A stretch of 64,000 nt of DNA from Dicyema japonicum (lineage: Eukaryota; Animalia; Dicyemida), in contig RDEW01000027.1 in NCBI GenBank assembly GCA_011109175.1, positions 796,511 to 860,510 of the forward strand, in the 5' to 3' direction. The notes under the pieces were generated by a model that was given only the letters and a program-made list of their open reading frames with translations, ran no database searches and was not told where the DNA came from. A program made the translations under genes and the position numbers. Position 1 is the first letter of the stretch. Each line of letters begins with the position of its first letter. Of the stretch, positions 38,071-51,089 are shown one piece after another.

Positions 38071-41000
38071 ATGGTCGACCTGGTTTGTTTAAGATTCCAC
38101 GATTTAGTTAAAATTTTCATAAAAAACCCGCCATTTTCAGAAAATTATAAGTATTGATGTTTCTAACCACTAGAAATGAATTAATTGATCGGATCTGCAA
38201 CTCTATATTCTATTTTCTATTGGATGGACTGAAACTACAGAAGGACTGGGACAACACAAACTCCACAGTATCCCAAAACCATCATTTTAAGTACAATAGA
38301 ACTTTTGGAAGTGTCTTGTGGAAGTCATTCACGTTTCCATCATCTCAGAGATCAATCGTCTTTCCCAGATCTCTACCGATGTGGGCAGATGCCAGGCTTT
38401 TGTCCGTCTCTCTCTCAACGAGCAGACTACAAGCTGTTACATTCGACACATGATGGAAAACCAGATCCTTATGAAGTTTAAATATTTTTGATATTTAGCC
38501 GATTTTATATCACTGGGGCTGCTCTGGTTAATCTAGAATATTCTAAAGCCTTTCTTGATTCTTTAACAGGTAATGCTTTCTAGAAAAATTCAGAACTAAA
38601 CCAAGTCGGGTTCTATCTTTCTCTCAACGAATCCTTCCTGAATTCATGGAGTGATCCTATACTTGACTATCTCATTGGTGGATCCTTTTATCTACTGAAT
38701 TTTGAAATAGCTGGTATGGAGACTGAGCCTAACAGTTTTTTTGTGGGTTATTTGAGGATCGGTTGGATCTTCTCCGGAAGAGTTGACTATAGTCGGTCGT
38801 GAAGGTTTGTTTGGAGTTTAATTTCTCTAGAAATGATCGGTGGAGATGCACACATTGAGGAGGATAAAAGTGAAGAAACTGAAAGCGGGAAAGTCCAAGG
38901 TTTCTTTAGAAATTTAATTACATAAGAGCTATATGCTGGAGACATCTACTGTGAGGAGGGTGATAAAACTGAGGAAATCGAGACCGATGAAACTCAAAAT
39001 TTAACTAATTGTAATTTTGAGCTATTTGACGATTTAGATGGTGATAAAACTGAAAGGAGACATATTCTGGTTTCACAAATCGCCAATTCAGCTAATTTAT
39101 GTTCTCAAGTAGAAATCAATTCGGAAATATGCCAGTTATTAACTTCAACCTATATTCTTATAATAAACAATTAAAAGGCAACTTGTCTGAAAATGACCCA
39201 TTTCCTATTTTGAGAGCATATGAAGCTGAAAACAGAGCCAGAGGACGACGAAACTGGTAAAAGTGAACACGAGCCAGTTATTACTTCGGAAGACAACGAG
39301 GCTGATAAAAGTGAACACGAGCCATTTGTTACTCCGGAAGACAGCGAGGCTGATAAAAGTGAACACGAGCCATTTGTTACTCCGGAAGACAGCGAGGCTA
39401 ATAAAAGTGAACACGAGCCATTTGTTATTCCGGAAGACAGCGAGGCTAATAAAAGTGAACACGAGCCATTTGTTACTTTGGAAGACAACGAGGCTGATAA
39501 AAGCGAATATGAACGAGACATTACTTCGGAAGATAATGAAATTGATAAAAGAGATCTTGAGGCTGTCATTTGCAAAGACATTGAAGAGACTGATGATGAA
39601 CGATTAATTGCCACATACGAGGATAAATCTCAGGAAACCGATTATCTTCATTCCGATATTCAGGATGATATAATTGAAGATGAATGTGCATTTAGTTCAT
39701 ACGTCTCTGAAGTTGATAGACATAAAGTTGTACCAACGTATCCAAATATTCAAGAAACTGATAAGATTGACAACATAATCCTAATTAATCCAATTGATGA
39801 TAAGCAGATTATTGGTTCAGATATTCAAGAAATGGCAACAATGAGGATAAAGTGGTCATTTGTTCAAATATTCAAGAAAGTGGTGTTGTTGAGTCAAATT
39901 TTATTAACCCTGATGTTCTGAGTGAGCAGCATCCTTGTAGTCCAGCCATAGATGAGGTTGAGGAAACTGAAGACGAGCAAATCCTCAATACAAAAGCCTC
40001 AGAAGATAATAAAACACAGACGGGCATGTTCTCGATTCAGAGATCGTGAATATTATTTGACTGAAGATGTTGTTCAGATATTGGTATTAGTGCAAGACAT
40101 CCATGGACCTGATGAAAATTGTTGATGAAGGAGTTTTGGCTCAGTACACAAGGTTGATAGAATGGAAGGTGCACTAGTTCCTAATTCGGATAATATTGAA
40201 GTTGTGAGTACTGGACAAAAATTAACTACTAAAAGTGAGAAATCTGGTGAATTTCTTTGTCCAATCGACTCTCAAATTGAAGGATCTCCGATTAATAATG
40301 CGAGGGAGAGAATATTCCCATAAATAAAGAAGTTGAGAATGACCATTTATTTGAATCTGATTTGGATGGAAATTTGATAAACATGTCTTCTTGTCCAGTC
40401 GACAAAATTGAGCAGCACGTGAATCTCGATACATCAATTGTAATAATCTGTCTAATCCTAAGGTCATAAGCGAGGACTTTGACTCACTACGCTTCAGGTT
40501 CCCGGACATTGTCAGTTTTGCCGCTCAAAACATGTGCTGTCGTTCCTGTCGGAAATGTTTTAACACAAATCCAAAAAATAACCGAAATCCATACTCAGCT
40601 TGTCAGAATTTCACTGTTTGTGCATTTGATGGTCTGTACTACTGTCCTGAATGCATTTCCCCGCGAAAAGCAAGAATTCCTGCTCGAATTGTGTTCAACT
40701 GGGACTTTAACCTTTACATTGGTCAGCAGTCTTATAAATTATAGTGTCGAGATATGCAGGGAAGTATTTGGAAGAAGGAGAGTGTGATCCCGTGTACAAT
40801 ATTAATGAGCTGAATCCACAGTTATTGAGACACTGCAAGATGATGGAGACTGTGGTGGTATAAGTGATTTGTTTTAGTATAGGAATTGAGAGTGAGGCTG
40901 ACGAGTCTGTACAGATGCGTCTCTGTGTGCAATTTGGTGTTGAGTGAGAGGATTGTTGAGTTGATGAAGCCATCGGAGTACTTCCTATACAGTCCGTACC

Positions 41001-41358
41001 TGTTCTCCATGAAGGTTTGGTGGCCTTGATATGTGTAGGACTTTGATTTAGTGAAGACAGGGAAGATTATGAAGAAAATCAAGGATGCTATTTCTATTGC
41101 TTCAGTCCACGTGACTCGGTGTGAGTTGTGTAGTCAAAGGGGATTCATATGTGGAGTTTGTTTGAATGGGAGAGAACGAATCATGTTAACAATGGGACAG
41201 GAGACTCAGGTTTACTGTTAGAAGCATTGCAGTGCAAGAATTGTCATCAGCCTGTTCATCTTTATTGTAGTAGAAGTGGAAAGGCCTGTAAGTGCAGCAT
41301 GGAACGGACCAGTCATTTGACCAGTTTCGCTGAGTATATTATGAAGGATAATGATTGA
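38071..41358 (+). CDS. PLEKHM1: PLEKHM1-like: RUN domain + acidic repeat linker + Rubicon-homology domain
   Basis: RUN: ICNSIFYFLLDGLK, FWKCLVEVIHVSIISEI...TDVGRCQAFVRLSLNE. RH: CAFDGLYYCPEC...IPARIVFNWDF...HVTRCELCSQRGFICGVC...CKNCHQPVHLYC. Middle exons only partly resolved. Confidence 0.85.
39256..39549 (+). repeat. Coding 48-bp tandem repeat, about 6 units (DKSEHEPFVTPEDSEA)
   Basis: Units start every 48 nt (GCT at 39301, 39349, 39397...). Confidence 0.95.
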
Positions 41359-41659
41359 TTGTGGGTTATTTACATTAAATTATTTATACTAATTTACTAT
41401 AGTGGATTCTTAGTTATTTTAGTACATCTAAGATTCAATCAAATAATAACCATATTCGGTCGATTGGCAGTCCTAGGAAATTAGCTAAAAAATGAAAACA
41501 AGTTAAATTCCGCTCATTGAGAGCGCTAGTGATTAATCGGAGCTTGAGAGAGATTGACGTATAAATTTTTGTCTTTTACTGCAAATGGGATATGGTCGCA
41601 GTGGCATGTATGTTTACGTAAGATAAAAATTTTGTTAGAAGAGTACGGGTAAAAAGGAT

Positions 41660-43600
41660 TTAATATTTACAGACGTTTCGTCTTCTTTGAGAATTGGCTT
41701 TTTGCCTTCTTTATTAATTCAACAATATTGGGTATATAAATTGGTCTGTAGTTCATTATTATGAATTGCTTCTAACATTGCGATTAAAATTTTATTTTTA
41801 TCAAATTCGTAAATTTGTACTATAATAATCTCTGTTGATCCAACCCGTATGTTGATCTTTACGAATTTCGTCACCACGTATTCAACATGAAATGAATTAT
41901 TTCAAATACCAAGGATAAAACCAAACTAATTAATCATGTGGTCATGACGCGTTCCAATAAAGTGATTCAGAGGACATATTCCAGAATGCTGAGGTCGCCA
42001 GGGAGCGAAATTTTTTCCGACGTAACGAAGAGATGGATCCTTTTGAATGCCGGTCAGGAATTTGTGTCTCCAGAGTTAGGCAGATGGAGCCACTGCCTTT
42101 AATTGAATTGAAAAAAGAGTTGTGACATTTATCAGGACTGGTCGCAAGGTTGTTCTTCAATAACGAATCTTTCAGAAGTCTAGGATTTGTTGTAATTTTA
42201 ATGTGGCAGTTTAAATTATCGTAATTTTAAGTGAGAAGGATATGATTTTCGGTTTCCAGTGTAGGTGGGACACCAGATAAAACGAGATAATAGAAGTCTT
42301 TGAAGAACACCATTAGGAAAATGACGAATAATATACTGACTTTCAAAGGCAAACACGTCCAACGGCTAAGGAGGTTAGCAAGCCGATTTTTTAGCTTTCC
42401 AAGGAGGACGTTATGTAGGACTACGTTCAATAAAATTTGTGACTAAAAAATCAATATTTTTTGACTTTATTGACCTAAAAAATTAATTTTTGACCAAATT
42501 TCACACTAAGATTTTTTTTACTTTTTTGATTTTTTACTATTATTTAAATAATATTTTGGCTACAAAATAAATTTTTAGAAGTTTTGAACGATTCTATTTC
42601 CCTCGCAATCCTTAGAGAAAATAGCCATCCAGTCAGGGCCGCAGCATATAAATCTTACAATTTTTGTTTGTCAATAAAATTATTTTAAGCGAAAATATTA
42701 AAAAATATGATTTTTTCACTTTATTGATAAAAATCGCTTTAATTGATACCATTTAATTTTGAGTGAGTTGTCTGACTTATCGCCCGGAGTTAAAAAGATC
42801 CGGGTCCTTTATTAACAACTGCTGAACCGTGTCGAAATCATGTAGTCACTTAGGTTTGGCTTTTGATCCTGGTCTATTGCGGACAAGCCGATGAACCATG
42901 CATCTTTACTCCAACGGATTTATTTAAATCATGGATAAATCTCTATAAAGGAAAAAATTTCATATCTCGGACAAAATTCAAGGTGATGTTCTGAAGTTGA
43001 CTTTCATCCTAGCGTGATGTTCTGGAGAACTCCCCATTTTAAGAAAATTTTAAGTGACTCATAATCGGTTCGACAGCAACAGTGAGGTAAATGTTGGGAG
43101 TCTCAATAAGACATCGTGGTAACAGTTCTGTAGCATGTCTAATTTGCTCTAAACTAATATCTAAGGCGAGGTGATCAAGAGGTTGATGGATGGTTTGTTT
43201 TGGTTCAAAATTTCGTGAATCAGGGATCCTCTGGGTTTAATATTTGGGTTATTTCGCAAACGGTCCCAGGAGTTTTAATTGAGGAATAGAGATTTATCTC
43301 ATCTACGAGACAACGAGTTTTTTATATTTCCCATGATGGTCAGGACATTTGACTTTTTTGCAGGTTTGTGTCTTCGGAACTAGCTTTATGGGAAATTTTT
43401 ATAAAGATTTTGGCATCTTTCGTGTTGAAGTCTGGAAAAAAAATTTATTCAGCCTTTTATCGACTTCCTTAATTAAATGGAAGACGAGTTAATTTGACTT
43501 TTCTCAGCACGGTTTCCGATCGTTCTTCGTTTTTTCCTATTTTCTTGGTTGATTTCTGAAATCTTAGTTATTTCAATTGACAGCTTGTTGAAGTTCTTTG
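41660..43600 (-). mobile_element. Probable Penelope-like element remnant
   Basis: GIY-YIG-type tail LIAMLEAIHNNELQTNLYTQ followed by GAAACGTC hammerhead-like remnant (about 41670-41710); otherwise very decayed. Confidence 0.4.
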
Positions 43601-43854
43601 ATCTCTTCGTTGTATGAGTGACCGTATATCTTTGTCAGACGAGTGTGAAAGTATCGAGGAGTCCATCCATCTCCTGGACAAATGCCAAAAAGATCATGAA
43701 ACAGTGGATCACTGGAAAGAAACGATTGCAACCAAACGCTCTGGAAACCCTAATTTTCCTGAACGGTAGAAAGTACCTGTTACACTGCGACTGTGCAATT
43801 CTCCCTCCATCACAGGCTGTGTGGGCTTAATGAAGGATCACCATGTCTAGGTTG

Positions 43855-44220
43855 AGGGCTCTGTTGGACATGTAGGGAAAATTATGCACCACACGATATC
43901 TCCATTGGCGGCCTCGTTCTGATGAGGCGACGTTTAAGAATGGCCAGGGTTTCTTACGTTTCTGCAAGGAACTGTGAAACCCATTCAAGGAAAAGGTGGC
44001 CCATGTAGAAGAATTTCGGTCGGTTATAAATAAGTGCACGCTGACTGAATTCCTTTGCAGAAGGAAGAGAAGGCCCTTCCGGAATGCGGTTGGGTCATCA
44101 GAAGATCAGACGAAGAGAGTTCGGATGTTGTTGGAGGTTGGGATCACCTAATTAGTTAGTTTTGACCTATCTTTCTTGGTGGTCTTGGAGTTAAATTAAT
44201 AAAATAAAAAAAAATAAAAA
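43855..44220 (+). mobile_element. LINE 3' fragment, same subfamily as 31606-33295
   Basis: Close alignment to the reverse complement of 31606-31930. Confidence 0.88.
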
Positions 44221-45029
44221 TGTAGGGACCACATAGTTATCTAGTTCAGATCTTTGCTTGCGGTCTTTTGAAATAAATTCATTCACTTACTAAGATTATG
44301 GCTCTCATCGTTTCCGAATGTCTAAATGACGAACCTCACGAAAGTTTAGGTTTCAAATTTCGCCTGACAAACTTTGAGAAAAAAAGACGCAGTGAAAAAA
44401 CAACAGAATGTCAGTTTCTAAAGGGAACAAGATAGTTATCGCTAGTATCATTAATTCTCAAACTGTGCTTTTAACGACAGAAAATTAATGCAAATTAAGG
44501 GCATGTGCATGCATTTAACAATTCATTTATTTGTATAAATTTTGATTAAATAAACCAAGTGGAATAGTTATAATAAAAACTCAACTTTTATGAACTAATA
44601 TGAATTTTTAAATATTTATTGATAAGCATGACGCAAAAATACGTTGATCATGTATATTTGATCGAAAGCTAGATGAAATTTTGTAGCAATTTGATCATCT
44701 TATTTTCAGCCTCTAACATAAGATCCTGCAAGTTCTTCGAATTTTTGACTGGACAAGATTTGAATTTTTTATATAATATATGGGTTTCTGGTGTCTCCTC
44801 TATCCATCATTTCGTCATGATGAGATAAGCAAGTTATTATAAAGTCAACACTAAGGAAACTAAGTAAGACGAAACGGTAGGGCTATCCAAAAAGGAAGAG
44901 AATTACATGATGAAACAAAAGAATTTTTTGGTAAAAATGGAAGATTATTTTTCATTGCTGGAAAAAATTTTTTTGAAATATAAATTATCATAATTGATTT
45001 TATGCTTTTTTAAGTGAAACATTTATTTA

Positions 45030-45400
45030 AGATTAATGCCTATTCTGCCTTCCATGATCTGCAAGTCTGCCGATTGTTTCAATCAACTCCATAATACTAG
45101 GACCAAACACTAAGACTTCACAGAAATCGGTTGGCAGAAAGTCAGCCATCCATTTACCTTAACTAAAAATTCTAATTTTTTATTTCGTCGACACGGGGTC
45201 ACCTCTCCCAATAACCATCGAAATTAACTGGAAGAGCCATTGGATTTTCCGACGTCATGACTTCTGAGCGTTACCAGACATACCATGTTCTTGAAGAGAA
45301 CAAGGGCTTTCAGCTTATCTCTTCAGTATCTCAACAGCAGTCACACGGAACGTTAATCAGCCCAGAAACCATTGTTATTACTTCTCTTTAGTTCTGCAGC
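45030..45400 (-). mobile_element. Degenerate CRE-like REL fragment
   Basis: Remnants such as VFGPSIMELIETIGRL; many stops. Confidence 0.35.
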
Positions 45401-45594
45401 GAATAGCTTCTCTTCAGCTTACACAATCAATGAAAATAAAGACTCCAATCAATAAAAAATCTTAACCTATCAAACGTCAAAAATAATGTCTCTAAGGATA
45501 CTCTCAGACAGCAATAAATTTAGCTAAATTAAGTTATCAAAAATATCGATATTTGTATTGATTTAATCTATGATATCAACCAAAGTCTATTAAA

Positions 45595-46471
45595 TTAAGA
45601 CACCTTCGCAGGGGTCGTCTCTGTTGGAATAAAGAATCCTTCCTAAAATAGATAGAAACTGTCAACTTGAGTTTCATATAGAATATCTGTAATCTCCTTG
45701 GTGATTGAGTCAACGTTCTGGTTTTGCTGGCATAATATTTCAATTTTCCTCAATTTTTCGAAATAAAAATCTCGTTCTTTCTTGACACATAAAAAGTCAG
45801 ACTAAAATAAATTCAGTTCCCCACATTTTCACGGGGAAATTCAGGATCTTGAGATCCTCCCTCTTTAATACGATTGGTCACATTTTCTCATATAAACTCA
45901 CCAAATACCTGTTGCGACTGTTTTTGACTTGTTTAGATTTTTAGAAAGTGAGAGACGATGATTTGATTTATCAGAAGACTTCAAAACTGGTTTACTTGTG
46001 GAGAACGGACTAATTGGTTGCCCCAATCTAGCCAGGGAGCTTCGTAATTTTCGGTCTTTAAATTTGTTTGGTACAAATTTTGATAGAACCATCGAAGAAA
46101 GTCAAAGTTGTCTTGAAATCGCCCCAAAATTAATTTTTCAACAGGGATCACCTGAAAATCTTTAAAACGAAAACTTTCTTGATTTTTAGTCGTTTAAAGG
46201 CTTCTTCTAAAAGCTTAAAATTGTGCGCGAAATCCAATTCATTCCTCACTTGAAATTTCACTTTTTTCAGTGGAACCGAGCCTAAATGTTAAAATTATGT
46301 CTTACCGGGAAAGATCATATCAAGAAGCTGACAATATCCAGCTCCTGAAAATGGTATAACTTATTTACCTGTGCACATATCCTCGACTTTTGTAAAATTA
46401 ATCTCAAGGCTATAGTTGACCCAAAGGATTAAATCACGGCGACTTAGAGAATCCGAAGTTGTTTTTACCAT
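45595..46471 (-). CDS. MAPRE: EB1/MAPRE microtubule end-binding protein, 6 introns
   Basis: CH domain LSRRDLILWVN...[30 protein letters not shown]...IPVEKLILGRFQDNFDFLRWF; EBH KERDFYFEKLRKIEILCQ...ILYETQEGF. One 1-nt frame problem at 46035-46037. Confidence 0.95.
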
Positions 46472-47276
46472 GAGTATGCTATATTTTTTATTTTATTTAT
46501 TTCAAATTATTTCAAATTGGGTTTTGATTTAATAATATAATTTATATTAAATAAAATTATTTTTAATTCTAAAAACAATATTTTTTAGTCTTTTTAGATA
46601 AAAAATTAATTTTCAAAAACTTTGGGATATAATGAAATTTTTTGACACTTTTTGACAATTTTTAAATGTTAATTTCGGTGTCTTAACATTTCCTTTTTGA
46701 TGTCATTAATTTAGTCATAACATGTAATACCTGCGGAAATTCTCTTATCGATTAGATAATTCGATTAGCTTATTTAAGAAATAACAGCTGATTTTCCAAA
46801 TCTCTTAAGATTTGTGGAGAAATTTAGATTAACGATATTTGTTAAAATTCAATTTATGTAGTTAACATTACTTAAACATATATTGAGACAATTTAAATAA
46901 ATTTTCTGAATCGACTTTGGTGTCAGATTTCTGCGCGTTCGGGGAACTTCATGAAAGCCACTGGTTGTTCGAACTAGTTTCACTTCCAATTTGAGAGGGA
47001 ATAGCCATTCGGTTCGATTTTTCATTCACTTAATTATAGGAACTTTAAATTGATGCCTATAATTTGAATAAGTTACAACAAATTTTATCCGATTATTAAT
47101 AGAATGTCGAATAATTTATTTTTTCGTTATTTTTGTTCCTTTCAACATCAAAAATATTTTTGGGCAAAATTAAAAATTTTATCCTACCACGATTTGGGTA
47201 ATTAATTTTCTTAATCACATGGAAGTAATGAATTATCAAAGAAGTTATTCATCCCAAAATTACCACGAAGAAGCTG

Positions 47277-47531
47277 TTATGCTAACTTATTAAGAGTTCT
47301 AGTTTCTAGAATCCCCATACTCTCTTTTTTGTATGCATGCCGTGTTATCCATAAACATAAGAATAAGTAGGTTTCGGCTTGTGACATGCTCTTCACTGTC
47401 CGTTCTATCAGTTTTTTCCATGTAACTTTCCTCCTCGCACGTCTCCGCAGTTCATTAGGTCGTCTGTGGGGTAGAATAGACAGACTGAGAGTACGATAAA
47501 ACACAGACATTATTAGATAGGTGTCAACCAA
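47277..47531 (-). mobile_element. RTE 3' remnant
   Basis: ELRRRARRKVTWKKLIER resembles the RTE C-termini elsewhere in the window. Confidence 0.4.
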
Positions 47532-47971
47532 TCAACCAAAACGTATCTTTTAATTTAATTTTATTTAATTTATAGAAAAAGTGCTATAAATTAATAAACA
47601 GCTATAATGATTGTCACAGTCAGCACGTGGAACTCCGGCTACGTGGAACTCCATCTGATTTTTTTTCGCATTTTTATGACATTTTTTCTGACTATATTAA
47701 TTTTATTTATTCAAATATACCAATTTTTAATGGCTCTGATGTCTGGTCATAATTAAAAAAATATGATAAATTCTAAACATGAGCAAAAATTACTAATATC
47801 TTAAAATCTGATAAAAATTAAAAAAAAACTAAATTAAAATTAAATTTTTGATATAAAAATTAGTATATTTTTAACCCCACCCATTTCAAATTATAATCCC
47901 ACCATTCCAAATTCTATTGAAATGCGAGAAGAAACTGAACGTATTGAAAAGTTTATCGAATTATGGAAGAG

Positions 47972-48347
47972 TGGTGCTCACCCAGTCTTGATGAACGTGT
48001 ACAGACAGTACATCGAGCCATGTTTCTCATATGCATGCGCCTCGTGGGGACCGTCCATATCTTGGACAAATATGAGGAAAATTGAGGAAATGCAAGAGGG
48101 CTTACAGAGTAACGGAACGTTGGATTTGTGAAAATCACCGAACCGGACCTACGCCTCTGGAGGCCCTTATGAGATTAGAGTCCAATACACGGGAAGGTGG
48201 CCCTGATAAGTCAGGCAGTTATCCTGTACGTTCATGCGCGGCCACGAAGGAAGAACACCGAGCAAAGATGAAGTCTCTGTTAGAATCCATCGGGATCACG
48301 TGATAATTAGTTAGGTTTTATCGTGGTCTTGGGTTAAATAAAAAAAA
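47972..48347 (+). mobile_element. Short LINE 3' element
   Basis: VYRQYIEPCFSYACASWG...EEHRAKMKSLLESIGIT*; GGGATCACG/CGTGGTCTT hairpin; A tail. Confidence 0.85.
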
Positions 48348-48377
48348 TTAACAACCCAAGACCACCATCATAAGAGC

Positions 48378-48575
48378 ATCTAAATCCTAACTTATCCCCT
48401 ACGCTCAACTTTATTCCTAACCTTAAAACCTACCATAAACCCAATCCCATAACCATGCCTAAGTCTAATCTCTTGCCTTAGATTAAGATCAACCTTAATT
48501 AATACCTAATCTCAATCCTAATCAATAACTATTATCAATCCTAATCAATACCTAAATCTAATCTCCACATTAAGC
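48378..48575 (+). repeat. Degenerate CCTAA/CCTAAT telomere-like tract
   Basis: Repeated cctaac, cctaat, ctaatc units with strong G depletion on the plus strand. Confidence 0.6.
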
Positions 48576-49289
48576 CAAAGAGATCAAAAATTCTTCCGAA
48601 AATGGACAGTCATTTAAAACAATCTTTTTATTTTGCTTTGGTGGACTATCATGTTTTGTGAGTTACTACTATCTATGTGTACCATATGCTCTTTTATGTC
48701 CACTACTTTATAAATTGTAGTGTCCAAGTACTCAAAAAACAACCTATTCTCTTTGACGGATACGATCCCTCCCAATATGAGCAAAATTATGTTACTCTGC
48801 TAATTAATAAACAAAAATACTATAATCAATCGTTGTTTAAATTCTGTTTATTCCTCAAAAAATCGCTGAAAGAGATTATATCCCAAATCTTATTATAATC
48901 GAATTACTCTGTAATAGATTTTATCATCCTCGAAAGCTAGAAATGATGAAGTCACCAAATACCCAAGGGAAAAGCCATCGACATTGTAAATTGTCACCAC
49001 CATTGGACGTTAATACTACTAAAAACGTCTAAAGATAGATTCTTGACAAAGGTTTAGTTGACATCAGTCCATTAAAGAAAACAAACTTCAAAACAGCACA
49101 AACGTATCCAATTATTTTGAAGATCATTTTATTTATTTTAGGAACTCTTGGGTCACAGAGAAAGACAAAAATTTCAAACTATCAAGGTACCACAATCCTC
49201 TATCGTGCCCAGTAAAGATCGGAAACGTCTCCTCTCGAACTTGTAAAGGAAATCAACCAGGACACAGGATTTCTGAGCCAATCGATTTT

Positions 49290-50720
49290 CTTTCACATGA
49301 AATACAATAAGACAATGTGTATTTTCATCTTCTCAAACACGGAGAAAACTGGTTCCATCACTGCTGGTTGAACCTTCCTAAGTAAAGGTTGGATAGGTAT
49401 TCCTGCTTGAGAGCTCAGTATACGGAAATCTCCAAGCGGCTGAGGCATTCTACACTGTCGGAGCAATAGTCTGTCGGTAAAGTCTTGTGTGGATTTATCC
49501 AAATGTAACAAACTCATGTGGGCGCATATGGTGTTCAGTTTCTGAAGTCCCTTCGTGAAAGTCTTTTTTGTGTGGTTGGTGAATCAGCTTGTTATCTAAC
49601 TCCCAGAATCGTGGGAAAGCGTGTGACGGGTATTTATACGGATTTAATTAAGATTTTGGTTTCTTCCTTGCTCCCCCAGCCAGAGTGAACAGAGTGAACA
49701 TTGACTGGGGCCTAATATTACAAGACGGTTGAGAGTGGTTAACCCTAAGGCGCTCCGTTTGATAGTAATCTCGATCTTGATTTGAGGTTACCGTAGGTAA
49801 ATCTTCCATGCCGTCCCGAAAGAAAGTTTGTGTGACAACGTTATTATATGCGTTGTTGTCGATCTTCCAGAACGAAATCAGTGTTGAGATTTCTTTGTCG
49901 GAGTAACGAAGTAATCATCAAAAGTAGTAGTTTTTCAAGTACTTTAGAGGGTGTGATAGTCACTGAGATCGGATAGGAGGTGGGATCTCCCTTCGGCTTT
50001 CCAGATTTCAGAATTTGCGTGATGAATTGGTTTTTCTAAAATTTGGGGTTTAAGCTGCTAATTCGTTGTGAAGCCGGCCCATCCGCCTTTTTATGTTTAT
50101 CTAATCTTTTTTTCCTTATTCTATATGTGGACTGGTAGAAATCCACTTAGACATAATAGGATTTGCTAGTGGTCGCTTAAAAAACCAAATTCACTTTACG
50201 TGTTTTTGCTAGTGACGAGGAACACATGGTCATGTTCTGAGATGTGAATGTGTCATTTCTCCTTGGTGGGGTAGTACTATCGATATCGGGGTCATTCAGG
50301 AAGACCTAGTTCTCGAGGACGCTATCAATGTGGTCCCACGGTTGTTAGTTGATTTTTCATTTAGGTAGTCGATAGATAACTAATTTTTTTCAATTTCGAG
50401 AATCAAGATAATTTTTTGTTGTATGCAAGGGGACAGGATCCTTGAGGAGGTATATATAAATTGGCCAAAATAATCCAAATCGAGGAGTGAATTGCAGCTT
50501 GATTGTGGTTCAATCGTTAATAGAGCCTAGGTTCAACAGCTCTGAAATCATGAACTAATTTCTACGAAGGATACACGAAGACCATGGTTGGTTTCAACGT
50601 CTCCACGAATCATAAGTAGAACAGTTAGGCAAAGTAATAAGTGACTGGCAGTGGTGAGGCAAAGAGAATCGGCGGCACAGAGGTCGAGGGATTTATCCCA
50701 TGTGGTAATCCAATCGAATG
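49290..50720 (-). mobile_element. Very decayed LINE (APE to RT start)
   Basis: LSDYHTL (SDH-like), NDPD...PTK, WKIY, SPQSM remnants. Confidence 0.4.
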
Positions 50721-50962
50721 GGAAGAATTTGTTGGCTCTTTTTGATCATTTTTGGGTTTGGTCAGTAGGTGACAAATGACACAGCGTTAAAATTTTTGTA
50801 AAGATCAAATTTTAATAATTAATGTACAAAGATTATTAACAAATTTTATTGAGAGTTATTAATTTAAAAATATATACTGGTTAACCTAAATAAATAAATA
50901 ATAATAGATTCACGTGATTATAATGTTCGTGTGACATATTATTTTTATATGTGTGTTTTCTT

Positions 50963-51019
50963 GCATATGATGATATCAATTGATGAGTCACCATGATTGT
51001 CTAAACTCAGCTCTGATGC
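50963..51019 (+). ncRNA. Box C/D snoRNA, copy 1
   Basis: GCA stem, box C ATGATGA (50967), D' ATGA, C' ATGATTG, guide GTCTAAACTCAGCT, box D CTGA (51013), TGC stem. Confidence 0.82.
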
Positions 51020-51089
51020 TTTATTAACTCTAAATTTATCATTATCTTTTGACTATCTATTACTAGCATATTTGTGCGTATGTTTTCTT

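Noticed and set aside
39171-39614. Overlapping ORFs in several frames
   Set aside because: A by-product of a stop-free 48-bp repeat.
44140-44150. GGATCACCT as a bacterial 16S 3' end / anti-Shine-Dalgarno sequence
   Set aside because: No rRNA context; it is explained as the LINE G-I-T-stop hairpin arm.
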